DNA of 64,000 nt from an uncultured Ignavibacteriaceae bacterium (GCA_964473365.1 CAYYOV010000003.1:57139-121138); one strand, 5' to 3'; shown: positions 1 through 11,727, counted from the stretch's first letter. Program-made: numbers and translations. The notes: a model not told the origin generated them from the letters alone.

Positions 1-1013
1 ATGAGGAACTGCATCAGGATTGTCCGGCGCGGGGCGCCGATCGCCATCCGAATACCGATCTCGCGCGTCCGCTCGGTAACAGACACGAACATGATGTTCA
101 TGATGCCGATCCCACCGACGAAGAGGGAAAGACCCGTGATGAACAAGCCGAACCCGGCGATCATCACCCCGAACGTGTTGAATGTCTGGACGAGGATCTC
201 CTGCTGATTGATGGCAAAGTCATCGGGCTCCTTCGGGCTCAGATGACGCGCCTTCCGCATGATCCCTCGCACCTCCTCCTTTGCCTCTGGCACCTGATCG
301 ATAGTCGCCGTTTTGACCCAAACCTCGATCCCGCCACGATGCGACCGGAACTCTTTGAAGAACCGGTTGATCGGAAGATAGACTCGGTTGTCGAGGCTCT
401 GCATACCGAGGAACGAACCTTGCTTCTCGAGCACGCCCACGACTTTGTATGGATAGCCGCCGACCTTGACCGTCTTGCCGATCGGCGTCTCAGCAGGGAA
501 CAGTCCTTCGGCGATCTCAGATCCAAGGACGCAGATCGGCCGGCCTCCGGAAACCTCGAGTGCGGTCAGGAATCGGCCAAGCGTCACGTTCACATTGCTG
601 GTGGTCGTAAATTCTTCGTCCGTGCCGACCACGATAGCGTTTTCCATCACCTTGCGGCCGTACTTGACGTTGCGGGCCGTGCCGATGATCGGAGAAACGC
701 TTCGGACCATGTCCGCGCTCCGCTCGATCGCGCGCGCATGTTCGATCCTGATGTCTTTCCGGTTCCTGATCGTCCACCAGTCTTGTCCCCCGCCCCAGGG
801 CCATTTCTGGACATAGAGCACGTCCGCGCCGATCGCAGAAATGGACTTGTTGAAAGCACGGTCCAATCCTTCGATGGCCGTCCCCATGAGGGTGACCGAC
901 AGAATGCCGATGAAGATGCCAAGGGCCGTCAGGATCGACCGCATCTTATTGGCGCGGATCGCCCCAAACGCAATGAGCAACCCTTCTCTCAGATCAAGGA
1001 GTCTGACGATCAC
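1..1013 (-). CDS. ABC transporter permease, FtsX/MacB-type (partial; C-terminus lies beyond window start)
   Basis: Own minus-strand translation starts at GTG 1013-1011: [36 protein letters not shown]... It contains the FtsX-type motif [20 protein letters not shown] near position 59-3. The frame is open to position 1, so it is missing from the ORF track. It starts 6 nt downstream of the ATPase gene. Confidence 0.8.
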   Translation of the reverse strand, partial: MIVRLLDLREGLLIAFGAIRANKMRSILTALGIFIGILSVTLMGTAIEGLDRAFNKSISAIGADVLYVQKWPWGGGQDWWTIRNRKDIRIEHARAIERSADMVRSVSPIIGTARNVKYGRKVMENAIVVGTDEEFTTTSNVNVTLGRFLTALEVSGGRPICVLGSEIAEGLFPAETPIGKTVKVGGYPYKVVGVLEKQGSFLGMQSLDNRVYLPINRFFKEFRSHRGGIEVWVKTATIDQVPEAKEEVRGIMRKARHLSPKEPDDFAINQQEILVQTFNTFGVMIAGFGLFITGLSLFVGGIGIMNIMFVSVTERTREIGIRMAIGAPRRTILMQFL

Positions 1014-1019
1014 GGGGCA

Positions 1020-1751
1020 TCAGGCGCTGAGGTTGGCTGTGTGCGCAATGACCCGACGGTTCACCACGGGCTCATCCCGCTCGATATGGCCGTCGCGGAT
1101 CCGGATCGCACGATGTGCGTGCGCTGCGATATCCTCTTCGTGAGTCACGAGAATGATCGTATTACCTTCTTTGTGCAGGATGTCGAACAGACCCATGATC
1201 TCTTCACCGGTCTTCGTGTCCAGGTTGCCGGTCGGTTCGTCGGCCAGCAGGATCGAGGGTCTGGTCACGAGCGCGCGCGCGATCGCGACACGCTGGCGTT
1301 GGCCGCCGGAGAGCTCGTTCGGCTTGTGATGACTCCGGTCCGTCAGCCCCACGCGTTCGATCGATTCCTTCGCCATACGTTTTCGTTCATGCCCGGACAC
1401 TCCGCCGTAGATGAGCGGGAGTTCGACGTTGTGAAGAACGTCTGAACGGGCCAGGAGATTGAACGTCTGGAAGACGAACCCGATCTCCTTGTTCCGCACC
1501 TTGGCGAGCTCGTTGTCGTTCATCTCGCTGACGTTGGTCCCGTTGAGCTCATACAGGCCGGCCGAAGGCGTGTCGAGACAGCCGATAATGTTCATGAGCG
1601 TCGACTTCCCCGAGCCCGACGGCCCCATGATGGCGACATACTCGTTCCGTTTGATCTCGAGGGAGACCCCGCGGAGGGCGTGCACCTGCTCCTCGCCCAT
1701 TTGGTAGACCTTGGTGATATTCTGGAACCGGATCAGCGTCGACATGGTCAT
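1020..1751 (-). CDS. ABC transporter ATP-binding protein (MacB/LolD-like)
   Basis: Walker [10 protein letters not shown], signature [15 protein letters not shown], Walker [13 protein letters not shown]. Start trimmed to ATG 1751 (MTMSTLIRF) because the longer ORF overlaps the upstream HlyD gene. Confidence 0.9.
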   Translation of the reverse strand: MTMSTLIRFQNITKVYQMGEEQVHALRGVSLEIKRNEYVAIMGPSGSGKSTLMNIIGCLDTPSAGLYELNGTNVSEMNDNELAKVRNKEIGFVFQTFNLLARSDVLHNVELPLIYGGVSGHERKRMAKESIERVGLTDRSHHKPNELSGGQRQRVAIARALVTRPSILLADEPTGNLDTKTGEEIMGLFDILHKEGNTIILVTHEEDIAAHAHRAIRIRDGHIERDEPVVNRRVIAHTANLSA

Positions 1752-1764
1752 TCCACTCGTTGGA

Positions 1765-3045
1765 TTAGGCGGCTGTCGCAGCGCTGGCGCCCGTGCGGCG
1801 CGTACGCTTGTTGTCCACTTTGACCTTCGAACCCGCTTCGAGGTCACGATTGATGGCCTTGAACGGTCCTGATACGACCTCGGCCCCTTCCAATCCTTCC
1901 CCACTCACTTCGACGTGCGAATCGTCGCTCAGGCCCCGTTTCACCTTCACAGTTGACACCTGGCCATCCTTTACGACAAACACCACCTCGTCAAGCTTCT
2001 CCTCCTCCTTCTTCTTCTCCGCATTGGCAGAAACGAACTTCGCTCCGCCTTCTTCTCCCTCTTCCTTCGGCTTGTCCTTCTCCTCCTTGGGCATGCGGAC
2101 CGTCACGGACTGGATCGGGACGCAAATGACGTTCGGCTTCGTTTCGGTCTCAATGTCAGCGGTCATCGACATGCCGGGGCGCAGCTGCACACCCTGCGGT
2201 GTGTTGACGAGGATCCGTACTTCGAAATTCGTCACCTGATCCTGGGAGCCGAGGCCGGTCGATTTCGCCGTATTGGCGATCTGGCTCACGAGGCCGACGA
2301 ACTTCTGCTCGGGGAACGCATCGATCTCGATCCGGGCAGTATCGCCGACGCTGACGGTGATGATGTCATTCTCACCGACATCCACACGGGCTTCCATGCG
2401 GGCCAGGTCGGCCACTGTCATGATCTCGGTGCCGCGCGTGAACGTAGAACCGCTCACACGTTCGCCGATCTCCGACAGTAGTTGCGACACGACCCCGTCC
2501 ATCGGCGAATAGATCGCCGTCTTGGAGAGCGTTTCGCGCGCCTCCTTCACGGACGCCTGAGACTGGTCGTATCCCGCCTTGGCGCTCTGGAACGAAGCCT
2601 TTGCGATGTCCATCTCCGCCTCGGAGACGAGCTTCTTGGTGAAGAGTTCAGTAACACGCTTGAACTCCGCTTCAGATTTCCGCAGGTTCGCTTCGTTAAT
2701 GGCAAGCGACGCCTGTGAACGCTCAAACTGCGCCTGGTACGCATCGGGCTTGATACGGACCAGCAGTTGGTTCTTCCGAACCCGCTGTCCCTCGCGGACG
2801 GGAAGTTCGATGATCTCGCCGCTCACCTCCGCGTTGATCTTGACCTGCGTCTCGGGCTGGATCTTGCCCGTCGCCGAGACGATCTGGGTGATCGTCCTCC
2901 GGCCGACCGGTTCGGTCTGGATCGTCGTGATCGTCTCCTTGTTGCTGCCGAGGATCACGAGAACGACCAGTGCGACCACAATGGCGCCAAGGATCGAGAA
3001 GATGATGATCTTTTTCTTCCGGCCTTTGTTGTTGCCGTTTGCCAT
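1765..3045 (-). CDS. Efflux periplasmic adaptor (HlyD/MacA family)
   Basis: N-terminal TM anchor, long coiled-coil segment and beta-barrel C-terminus typical of membrane fusion proteins. Sits between the TolC-like and ABC genes. Confidence 0.85.
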   Translation of the reverse strand: MANGNNKGRKKKIIIFSILGAIVVALVVLVILGSNKETITTIQTEPVGRRTITQIVSATGKIQPETQVKINAEVSGEIIELPVREGQRVRKNQLLVRIKPDAYQAQFERSQASLAINEANLRKSEAEFKRVTELFTKKLVSEAEMDIAKASFQSAKAGYDQSQASVKEARETLSKTAIYSPMDGVVSQLLSEIGERVSGSTFTRGTEIMTVADLARMEARVDVGENDIITVSVGDTARIEIDAFPEQKFVGLVSQIANTAKSTGLGSQDQVTNFEVRILVNTPQGVQLRPGMSMTADIETETKPNVICVPIQSVTVRMPKEEKDKPKEEGEEGGAKFVSANAEKKKEEEKLDEVVFVVKDGQVSTVKVKRGLSDDSHVEVSGEGLEGAEVVSGPFKAINRDLEAGSKVKVDNKRTRRTGASAATAA

Positions 3046-3076
3046 ACGATATCCTTCGGGATGGTGCGTCGGTCGA

Positions 3077-4426
3077 TTATTGCTGGAGCGTACCGACGGC
3101 GAGTTCGAACTGGCTCTTCGCGTTCAGATATTGGTAGACAGCATTGATCCGGGTAACCTGAGCATTCGTAAGATTGTTCTGCGCAAACAACAGGTCGAGC
3201 AACGTACCTGAGCCAACGTTGTACTTCTCCTGGCTCACCTTCAGATTCTGGTCCTGATACTGGAGGCTCTTCATCGCAGCTTCATAGGATTTCTGGGCCG
3301 ATTCGAGGACAAGCAGCGCCGTCTTGACTTCGACCTGGATCTTTCGCTCGGTCTCACGCAGACCCTCCTCCGCATTCTTTCGGGCAACCAGCGCCCGCTG
3401 CACCGATTCGTTCGTCCGGAAGCCGGAGTAGAGAGGCAACGAAAGATTCAATCCCCAGCTGAAGGACCGACTGACACCAAAATTCTCGAACTCCGACGCT
3501 GTCACAGCCTTCGTGAGCAGATCACGTTGCGTTCGGCCCGTCAGGGAATACGAGGCGCTTGCGGTCAACCGCGGATAGTACCCGCTACGGGCTTGCGTCA
3601 CGGACGCATCGGTCGCCTCATAGGACTGCTTTGAGCTCAGATAGTCCATGCGCCGTTCCATCGCCTGGTCAATCAGGCCGCGTAGGTCCGCTGCGATGGA
3701 CTTCTGGCGTTGGAATTCGGCTTCATCGATCTCAGAGACGATGGACGGATCGACAAATTCAGATTCGGTCGTGACGTCGAGTGCGAGGTAGGCCGACAGG
3801 TTCGCCTTCGCCAGGATATAGTCGCTCTCGGACTGCACGACGCGAAGCTCATCTTGACCGACCTGTGCCTGCTGCTGGTAGACATTGACCAGAGAAGCCG
3901 ATCCCAGCCGAGCCGTCTCCTTCACCCGGTCGAGCTGCTGCGTGCTGTATTGCAGGTTCAACTGCGACACTTCGAGCAATCGGCGTGTGCGGAGGACCTC
4001 ATAATAGAGCCGCTGTGTCTGCGAGGCCACACTTTGTCGCGTACGGCTGAGCGTGTATTCCGTCGAGGATGCCGTTGCTTTGGCTGAGGTGAATGACGAC
4101 GTGTTGGTGAACCCGTCGAACACCGTCATCCCCGCGCTCAGGCTCGTGGAGATATTGCGATCGTCGGCATTCCCGATCCCAACTCCGTTGACAAACTGTT
4201 GACCGCCACCCCAACTAGAGTTCAGGCTGAGCGTCGGCGTGAAGTTGCCGTACGCGGAAAGCACCCCGGCCTGGTCGCGCTCCACATTGTTGACCGCCTG
4301 CTTGATGGCGAAGTTGCGCTCCAGAGCCATCTCGATCGCGCGATTGAGTGTGATCTTCTGGGCTTGCGCGTACGCGATGGATCCAAAGAGAAAAAAGAAG
4401 AGACCGAACCGAACGGCCTGTTTCAT
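3077..4426 (-). CDS. TolC-family outer membrane efflux protein
   Basis: Signal peptide MKQAVRFGLFFFLFGSIAYAQ. Two-repeat TolC-like architecture (LTLNRAIEMALERN..., YYPRLTASASY...). First gene of the efflux operon. Confidence 0.85.
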   Translation of the reverse strand: MKQAVRFGLFFFLFGSIAYAQAQKITLNRAIEMALERNFAIKQAVNNVERDQAGVLSAYGNFTPTLSLNSSWGGGQQFVNGVGIGNADDRNISTSLSAGMTVFDGFTNTSSFTSAKATASSTEYTLSRTRQSVASQTQRLYYEVLRTRRLLEVSQLNLQYSTQQLDRVKETARLGSASLVNVYQQQAQVGQDELRVVQSESDYILAKANLSAYLALDVTTESEFVDPSIVSEIDEAEFQRQKSIAADLRGLIDQAMERRMDYLSSKQSYEATDASVTQARSGYYPRLTASASYSLTGRTQRDLLTKAVTASEFENFGVSRSFSWGLNLSLPLYSGFRTNESVQRALVARKNAEEGLRETERKIQVEVKTALLVLESAQKSYEAAMKSLQYQDQNLKVSQEKYNVGSGTLLDLLFAQNNLTNAQVTRINAVYQYLNAKSQFELAVGTLQQ

Positions 4427-4525
4427 ACGAATCTCCCAAAAAGAGCTGGAAACGCTGGTCTATGGAAAAAGTCTTCTGTAATAACGCTCTGCGAGCGCCA
4501 AAGTTTCAAAACAAGCCACGTTTCC

Positions 4526-6022
4526 TCATGTTTTTTCTTCGTTTTCGCCTTCTCCCGGCAGTTTCTTGCCTCGAAACAGGTCTTCTCGGGACACTTTCAC
4601 CACGCGACCCGTCTTCTGGGCCTCCTTGATCATCTCGTCCTTTATCAATAGAAGATGAGCAACCGCAGCGTCGTGGTCGTTCGCGATGCGCCCATCCAAG
4701 ATTGCATCGATCACAGCGTCTTTGAGCGCGCCAACGAGGGGTCCTGCCGGAAGGCCCGTGAGTTGCATGATCTCTTCGCCCCGCAACGGAGGTTGCCAGG
4801 ACCGGATCTGGTCCTTTTCCTCCACCTCCTTCATCTTCTCTATGACGAGGTCGTAGTTCTTTCGCACCCGTTCGACGAGCCGAGGATTCTTTGAGGTGAT
4901 GTCGGCATGACAGAGCAGCATGAGGTCGTCGACCGTTTCTCCCGCATCGAACATCAGTCGCCGAACGGCCGAATCCGTCACGACGCTGTCCACGAGGGCC
5001 ATGGGCCGCAGATGTAGTCGGACGATCTTTTCAACATAGGGCACCTGCGTGAGCGGAAACCGCATGCGTCGGAAGATCGGCCGCACCATCCGGGCGCCGA
5101 ACTCTTCATGGCCATGGAAGGTCCACCCGATACCTTCTTTGAATGCCTTCGTCTTCGGCTTCGCGATGTCGTGCAACAACGCAGCCATCCGTAGCCAGAT
5201 GTTGTCGGTGGCCTGACAGATGTTGTCGACGACCTTGAGCGTATGCAGGAAGACATCCTTGTGGTGAAAATCCTTCCGCTGGTCGACGCCCGAAAGCTTC
5301 GCGACTTCCGGAAAGACCACATGCATGACGCCAGTGTCGAACATCAATTGCAGTCCGACGGATGGACGCGGGGCCTTCATGAGTTTCAGGAATTCGTCCG
5401 CGATGCGTTCCGGCGAGACGATGGCCAATCGGTCCCGCATCGCTGCGGCAGCCTCGAGGACCGCGGGATCGACGGTAAACTCCAGCTGGGCCGCGAACCG
5501 CATGGTTCGCATGATCCGGAGAGGATCGTCATCGAAGGTCGCCACCGGTTGGAGCGGTGTTCGCAGTACTTTTCGGGTCAGATCACTTTGGCCGTCGAAT
5601 CGGTCGATCAGATGGTCTCGCTCCGACATGTGGAGTCCGACGGCCAGGGCGTTCACGGTAAAATCGCGTCGCGATAGATCGTCGTCCAGGGTGCCTGGGG
5701 CAACATCCGGCTTTCGGGAGTCCTTTCGATAGCTCTCCTTGCGTGCACCGACGAATTCAACGTTGTGACCTTCGACCGTGATCATGGCCGTGCCAAAGTT
5801 GGCAAACACGACGGGCGATGCCACCCCCAGTGCGTTCGCCACGGAACGGGCCAACGCAATGCCATCTCCGACAACCGTGATGTCAATATCCTTGACCGGC
5901 CTACCAAGAAGTCGGTCGCGTACATAGCCACCGACGGCGTATGCCTTGACGCCGTCACGATCGGCAACCCGACCGATCGAACGAAGCACTGGAGCATTCA
6001 GTATCAATGTGTTCTCAGGCAT
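4526..6022 (-). CDS. CCA-adding tRNA nucleotidyltransferase / poly(A) polymerase family protein with HD domain
   Basis: Head-domain motif GGYVRDRLLGRPVKDIDI and an HD region (LLHDIAKP). Start set to MPENTLILN (ATG 6022), overlapping the upstream stop by 8 nt. None of the four tRNA genes in the window encodes CCA. Confidence 0.8.
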   Translation of the reverse strand: MPENTLILNAPVLRSIGRVADRDGVKAYAVGGYVRDRLLGRPVKDIDITVVGDGIALARSVANALGVASPVVFANFGTAMITVEGHNVEFVGARKESYRKDSRKPDVAPGTLDDDLSRRDFTVNALAVGLHMSERDHLIDRFDGQSDLTRKVLRTPLQPVATFDDDPLRIMRTMRFAAQLEFTVDPAVLEAAAAMRDRLAIVSPERIADEFLKLMKAPRPSVGLQLMFDTGVMHVVFPEVAKLSGVDQRKDFHHKDVFLHTLKVVDNICQATDNIWLRMAALLHDIAKPKTKAFKEGIGWTFHGHEEFGARMVRPIFRRMRFPLTQVPYVEKIVRLHLRPMALVDSVVTDSAVRRLMFDAGETVDDLMLLCHADITSKNPRLVERVRKNYDLVIEKMKEVEEKDQIRSWQPPLRGEEIMQLTGLPAGPLVGALKDAVIDAILDGRIANDHDAAVAHLLLIKDEMIKEAQKTGRVVKVSREDLFRGKKLPGEGENEEKT

Positions 6023-7028
6023 GGTCAGACGAGCGGATCGTATTCGTGTCGATGGCGTGTAGGATCTCGGCCGCGACCTCGAGCGCTTGAAGGCCATCGC
6101 GCCCCGAGACCACTGGGGTCGAGCCGCTGTGCACGCACCCCACGAACGAGCGCATCTCTTCGAGGAGGGCGTTCATCGGAGGAATTTCAGGCTGGTCGTA
6201 TACGATCAGGCGCTTCTTCGAGCCCTGGTCGATCTTGCCGAGGAGCATCGTCGGCTGGGCCTGAGTTGCTCCCTCATCTACAAGCCGGAACACCTCAGCA
6301 AGCGGCTGGGCGAAATCGATCGAAATGTATGCATCGTGTTGAAAGAGCCTCATCTTGCGCATCTTATGCTGCGAGATGCGGCTGGCGGTCACATTCGCAA
6401 CGCATCCGTTCGCGAACTGGATGCGAGCATTGGCGATGTCGGGTGAGTCCGAAACCACCGCAACGCCGTTGGCGTCGATGCGCGACACGGAGGATCCCAC
6501 AAGGCTTAGGATCAGGTCGATGTCGTGGATCATCAGGTCGAGGACGACGGCAACATCGGATCCGCGGGGGTTGAACTGCGCGAGCCGGTGCGACTCAATA
6601 AAGAGAGGCTTCATGCGCAGCGGTTCCAGGGCGAGGATTGCAGGATTGAATCGTTCGATGTGTCCGACCTGGAGCACGAGCTTTCTTCTTGACGCGAGGT
6701 CGACCAGTTCCCTCGCCTCCGTCGTCGTAGAGGTGATCGGCTTTTCGACCAACACGTGCTTTCCCGCTTCGAGGCAGGCCTTGGCCACTTCGAAGTGCGT
6801 CGACGTGACGCTCGCGATGGTCACGGCATCGACGGCGGCAAGAAGGTCTTCCCTCTTCGCAAAGGCGGTGACTCCATGCGTCTCTGCCACGTGGCGAGCC
6901 TTGGTTGTATCGGCGTCGTACGTACCCACAAAGGCCGCGGTCGGGAGTTGTGCAAGCATCTTGGCGTGCAACGACCCCAAATGGCCGGTACCGATGACGC
7001 CGATCTTTACGGGTTGGTCAGAATTCAT
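6015..7028 (-). CDS. Gfo/Idh/MocA family oxidoreductase
   Basis: N-terminal Rossmann motif KIGVIGTGHLGSLHAK and an EKP motif (LVEKPITS). Start at MNSDQPVK (ATG 7028), overlapping the upstream stop by 11 nt. Confidence 0.8.
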   Translation of the reverse strand: MNSDQPVKIGVIGTGHLGSLHAKMLAQLPTAAFVGTYDADTTKARHVAETHGVTAFAKREDLLAAVDAVTIASVTSTHFEVAKACLEAGKHVLVEKPITSTTTEARELVDLASRRKLVLQVGHIERFNPAILALEPLRMKPLFIESHRLAQFNPRGSDVAVVLDLMIHDIDLILSLVGSSVSRIDANGVAVVSDSPDIANARIQFANGCVANVTASRISQHKMRKMRLFQHDAYISIDFAQPLAEVFRLVDEGATQAQPTMLLGKIDQGSKKRLIVYDQPEIPPMNALLEEMRSFVGCVHSGSTPVVSGRDGLQALEVAAEILHAIDTNTIRSSDHA

Positions 7029-8271
7029 TTGGTGCCGTGCCTCCACGTGATGCCCCCGTGCTCTCAACCTGGGCCACGCCGATGATCCGGTCGAAGCCGC
7101 CGAATCGTTGATCCTGATACACAATAAGGGCTGTATAGATGTTCCTGGTCGACCAGGCATTCCCTTCGAGCCGAACCCAATCGTTCCCGTCGATCACGTA
7201 CTGGTAGTCGTATCGCCCTCTGCGGAGCGGCCGCAGCAGGACAAACCGGCGACGAAGCCGGTCGTATGACATGTTCCACTCCGGACGCACTGCCCAGCCG
7301 CTGAACTCGCCGACAATAGCGATCGGCGGTGGATCAGCACTCTCATCGCCTTGCCAAATGAACTGGAACTCCGTCAGCTCCTCGTCGGCGCCGCGGGCCA
7401 TTTCCGCGTACGCCGGCAGTCCATTGTGGTCCGGCCTGCCTGGGAAGAAGAATCGGCTCTGGTCGGCGCCTGAACGAGGCCGCAACGTATCTCCGGCGGG
7501 ATAGTCGTCCAGGTTTCTCAGATCCAGTTCACGGTACTCATTCCCCGGCAAGATCCCACCGGCGACAAATGTCATCTTGTCGGTGCCGGCACCGTCGACC
7601 CAGGTGTTCGGATCGTCGTCGTAAACCTTCACACTCGTCCGCCGCGCCCACTCACGATTCTTGATGATCTCGACGGAGCGCAACAACATCGGATTGAGCC
7701 GTTCGTCCCCCGCCCACAGACCATTCAAAGGGACCGTGACGCTCGCTGAGACCGCTTCATTATATGGGGCGATCGCCGACGGCAATCTCCGATGGCGGAT
7801 GCGCAGAAGGTCGTTCACTTGATGATCGGCCCGGACGAAATCGAACGTGGCAACAGCTCTTCCGGTCTCCGCTTCTTCGATCCATCCTCGGTAGTAGCCG
7901 GAGTACGGCAGTTGTTCGAGTCCCTTGGGGCCGGGGATGGTCGTCGAGTACTTCCAGCGCCAGGTGCGCACCCCGGTCGGGGCGGCCTGATGCGGCACGG
8001 CCGTCAGCGTTGACATCCGGAACGGGTCATTGATGAAAACATTCTCCGTCTCTCGGCCTTCGGCGTCAAGATGCCGGACGCGGATGCGGTAGTCCATCGG
8101 CTGACCAGTTGTCCCTTCGAATTCGATGCGGACGCCGTACTCGCCGACCACGATCGGCTGACCCCGCAATCCCTGGCCGACAACGCGCACGCTGCGCACC
8201 GATGGATCGAGGGATTCCTGCCCGAACGCGGCTGTTGCCAAAAGCCACACGAACACGAGAGCACGTCTCAT
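7018..8271 (-). CDS. Secreted DUF5103 / T9SS-plug-domain-like protein with CBM48/AMPK-beta-like C-terminal module
   Basis: Signal peptide MRRALVFVWLLATAAFGQ. Remembered family pattern GNEYRELD...RRGRYDYQYVIDG...EGNAWSTRNIYTALIVYQD...FDRIIG. Assignment is from memory, not from an HMM search. Confidence 0.5.
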   Translation of the reverse strand: MRRALVFVWLLATAAFGQESLDPSVRSVRVVGQGLRGQPIVVGEYGVRIEFEGTTGQPMDYRIRVRHLDAEGRETENVFINDPFRMSTLTAVPHQAAPTGVRTWRWKYSTTIPGPKGLEQLPYSGYYRGWIEEAETGRAVATFDFVRADHQVNDLLRIRHRRLPSAIAPYNEAVSASVTVPLNGLWAGDERLNPMLLRSVEIIKNREWARRTSVKVYDDDPNTWVDGAGTDKMTFVAGGILPGNEYRELDLRNLDDYPAGDTLRPRSGADQSRFFFPGRPDHNGLPAYAEMARGADEELTEFQFIWQGDESADPPPIAIVGEFSGWAVRPEWNMSYDRLRRRFVLLRPLRRGRYDYQYVIDGNDWVRLEGNAWSTRNIYTALIVYQDQRFGGFDRIIGVAQVESTGASRGGTAPNEF

Positions 8272-9749
8272 TGGACAACCTCGTAGAGGGTCACATATTG
8301 GGTTCCAGGAATGCTGACCCCCAGTTCCGGCATCGTCGCCGTCATGATCGGACGAAGCGACGCATCCCGCAGCCGGTCAGGCTCACGCGCACGATCGATG
8401 ACGAAGCGCGGATCGGCCACAGCGCGATAGAGTCGCTTGATCATCACGTCGTCGTACGTCTGACCCTCTATTGCCATACGTAAGGCAGGCGTCGCCAACC
8501 CCTGAGGATCCCACACGCGCATTCCAGTCACGTAGCCGATCATCCCGATATCGGGAGCGAGCACCTCATCACCGGGATTCGCGTGACTCCGAAGCCAGAA
8601 CGCGATCGGCTTCATTGCCTGTTGCATCCCCGCAGTGAAGTGTCGGAGATGTGGTGCGATGCGCCATTCATAGACGACCGTGTTGGCAGCCACGGTGAGA
8701 ACCACCAGCGTGACGGCGGCCATCAGAGCCTTCGTGAGCCGTTCGGGCCGTCCCACCAGCCACAACGCCACACCCAGCATCATTGCCGCCGACAACGTGA
8801 CGAGCGCCGGCGTCAGATACCGCGAGACCACCTGTACGCCTTGCGTGGCGTACGCAACGGTCATGAGCAATGGCCATCCGATAAGCAGTCGCATCCACCG
8901 TTGACGAACATGCACGGCACCCCGGGGAAGCACAACGAGCACCAGGCCGACGGCCAACACCGGGATCGCGTGCGATGCTGCAATGATTCGCCCACCCTCC
9001 AGCAGGGCCGTCAGCATTCGCTCAGCGTCGAACCACCATCCGGCTTTGCTACCGATGGTCGTCGGCAAAGCTGTACCCGTCCAGACGACCGCCAACGTCC
9101 ACCAAGCCGTCAAGATCGCCGCCATCAGCAGGAGCGGCCATGTCCAGCGACGCATGTGTTCACGCCAGCGGCCCTCATACGTCCCGAAGACCATCCACGG
9201 TGCGAGCAGCGCGTATTCAGGCCGTACGAGTGAGAGCAATCCAAGCGCGGCCCCCAGCACCAGCCACTCCCCTTCCACGAGATACCGGAAGGCCAGGAGG
9301 GTGAGTAGAACGGCCAGCGAAGTTTCCATGCCTGTTGCCGACCATCGAAGGAGCGAAACGTCGAACGTCATCATGATCGCGGCCAGGGCAGCCAGGATAC
9401 GGGACTCTGTGATCGAGAAGACCAGTAATTGCAGTGCCAAGATGGCGAGGGCAGCAAACGTCACATCAAGCGTCTTCGCGACGATGTACGGATCGAGACC
9501 CACCGCCGTTCCTCCGGCGACAAGCAGTGCCCACAGCGGTCCCGTCACGCTGTACGATCCATCTCCCGGGTTGAACGCCATGCCGTCGCCGTGGACGAGA
9601 TTCACGGCCGTTCGGAGATAGATGTACGTATCATCCGGCGTGTAGTCGAAGTGGTGAACGACACGAAGATAGAAGAGACATACCGCCAGTGCGGTCAGGA
9701 CTGGAAGGACAAGCCTGTATCGGGGATAGAGAAGGAGCAGCGCGTCCAT
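8268..9749 (-). CDS. Polytopic membrane protein, GT-C-like (ArnT/PMT-type) glycosyltransferase candidate
   Basis: About 12 predicted hydrophobic helices. Acidic motif DDTYIYLR in the first loop, as in GT-C enzymes, and a soluble C-terminal domain. 4-nt ATGA overlap with the downstream gene. Confidence 0.45.
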   Translation of the reverse strand: MDALLLLYPRYRLVLPVLTALAVCLFYLRVVHHFDYTPDDTYIYLRTAVNLVHGDGMAFNPGDGSYSVTGPLWALLVAGGTAVGLDPYIVAKTLDVTFAALAILALQLLVFSITESRILAALAAIMMTFDVSLLRWSATGMETSLAVLLTLLAFRYLVEGEWLVLGAALGLLSLVRPEYALLAPWMVFGTYEGRWREHMRRWTWPLLLMAAILTAWWTLAVVWTGTALPTTIGSKAGWWFDAERMLTALLEGGRIIAASHAIPVLAVGLVLVVLPRGAVHVRQRWMRLLIGWPLLMTVAYATQGVQVVSRYLTPALVTLSAAMMLGVALWLVGRPERLTKALMAAVTLVVLTVAANTVVYEWRIAPHLRHFTAGMQQAMKPIAFWLRSHANPGDEVLAPDIGMIGYVTGMRVWDPQGLATPALRMAIEGQTYDDVMIKRLYRAVADPRFVIDRAREPDRLRDASLRPIMTATMPELGVSIPGTQYVTLYEVVQ

Positions 9750-9752
9750 GGA

Positions 9753-10415
9753 TCAGGCGGACGGTTCAGCGACCAGGCGGGCCCAGGAGCTGAATTCGTC
9801 GACTGTGTGGAACGTGAAGTCCCGCTCGTGCTGCATGACGCGGTCCTTATTGAACGCGTCCCAGAGGACGGAAGCCACGGGGATCCCGGCCTCGCGCGCG
9901 GCGATGATGTCCGCAGGTGAATCGCCTACCATCACCGTCCGCTTCGGCTGCAAGCGCAGCTCATGAAGGATCGTGAGAATGCCTTCCCCCGATGGCTTGT
10001 GCTTCTCGACATCGTTTCCCGTCACCACTTTCTTGAACAGGTGCGAAAGGCCGAGGATCTCGAGCGTGATGTCGGTTGTGTGCCGCCCCTTTCCCGTGAA
10101 GAGCGCAAGGGTGATCCCGCGCTCATGCAGGTCTGCGAGCACTTCTGGGATACCGCCATACACTGAGGCCAGACGCCGATGGTGCTCACGATAGAAGGTC
10201 AGGTAGCGTTTCATTGCCTCGTCAAGACGCTCCTTCCCGACGATGACCTCCAGCGCACCTTCTTCGGGAGGACCGAACAGCGCCGCGATATCGCGGTCGG
10301 ACATCGTTCCGCCGCGATAGGTCTGCACGATATGGTTGAAGGAATCGAAGATGAGACGATTCGTGTTCGTGATCGTCCCGTCCATATCGAACACGAAAGC
10401 AGAGAAACGATCCAT
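9753..10415 (-). CDS. HAD-superfamily phosphatase (PGP/PpaX-like)
   Basis: Motif I FVFDMDGTITNT and motif IV MVGDSPADIIAAREAG. Start trimmed to MDRFSAF (ATG 10415). Confidence 0.8.
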   Translation of the reverse strand: MDRFSAFVFDMDGTITNTNRLIFDSFNHIVQTYRGGTMSDRDIAALFGPPEEGALEVIVGKERLDEAMKRYLTFYREHHRRLASVYGGIPEVLADLHERGITLALFTGKGRHTTDITLEILGLSHLFKKVVTGNDVEKHKPSGEGILTILHELRLQPKRTVMVGDSPADIIAAREAGIPVASVLWDAFNKDRVMQHERDFTFHTVDEFSSWARLVAEPSA

Positions 10416-10464
10416 AAACACCTTGAGAACGCATGTCTGCCGCGGACATTGCACCCAACGACGA

Positions 10465-10486
10465 GGTCATCGTCGGATCGATGACC
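10465..10486. promoter_or_regulatory. Perfect inverted repeat GGTCATCG-N6-CGATGACC, candidate operator upstream of the HAD-to-CCA operon
   Basis: Read directly from the sequence: 8-bp arms at 10465-10472 and 10479-10486, about 50 nt upstream of ATG 10415. Overlaps a weak -35-like position relative to TGCAAT. Confidence 0.3.
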
Positions 10487-10550
10487 ATCTCCGATCGTTG
10501 TTCGTCTTCGGCAGCGTGGGATGATATTCATCGTCGCGAGCGTCCGCGAC

Positions 10551-10588
10551 TGGAATGAACAAAGGCGCCAGGGACTTCCTGACGCCTT
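10551..10588 (-). terminator. Rho-independent terminator after fbaB
   Basis: Minus-strand hairpin AAGGCGUCAGG-AAGUC-CCUGGCGCCUU (11 bp, one G-U) followed by UGUUCAUUC. Lies 33 nt after the fbaB stop. Confidence 0.7.
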
Positions 10589-10620
10589 CGTCCGAAGTTG
10601 CTTCGCCGAACGACCTCCGA

Positions 10621-11685
<1,065 letters not shown>

Positions 11686-11727
11686 GGGGATAACTCCGTC
11701 AAAGGGCGTTCGAGATCGGTCGTGTCA

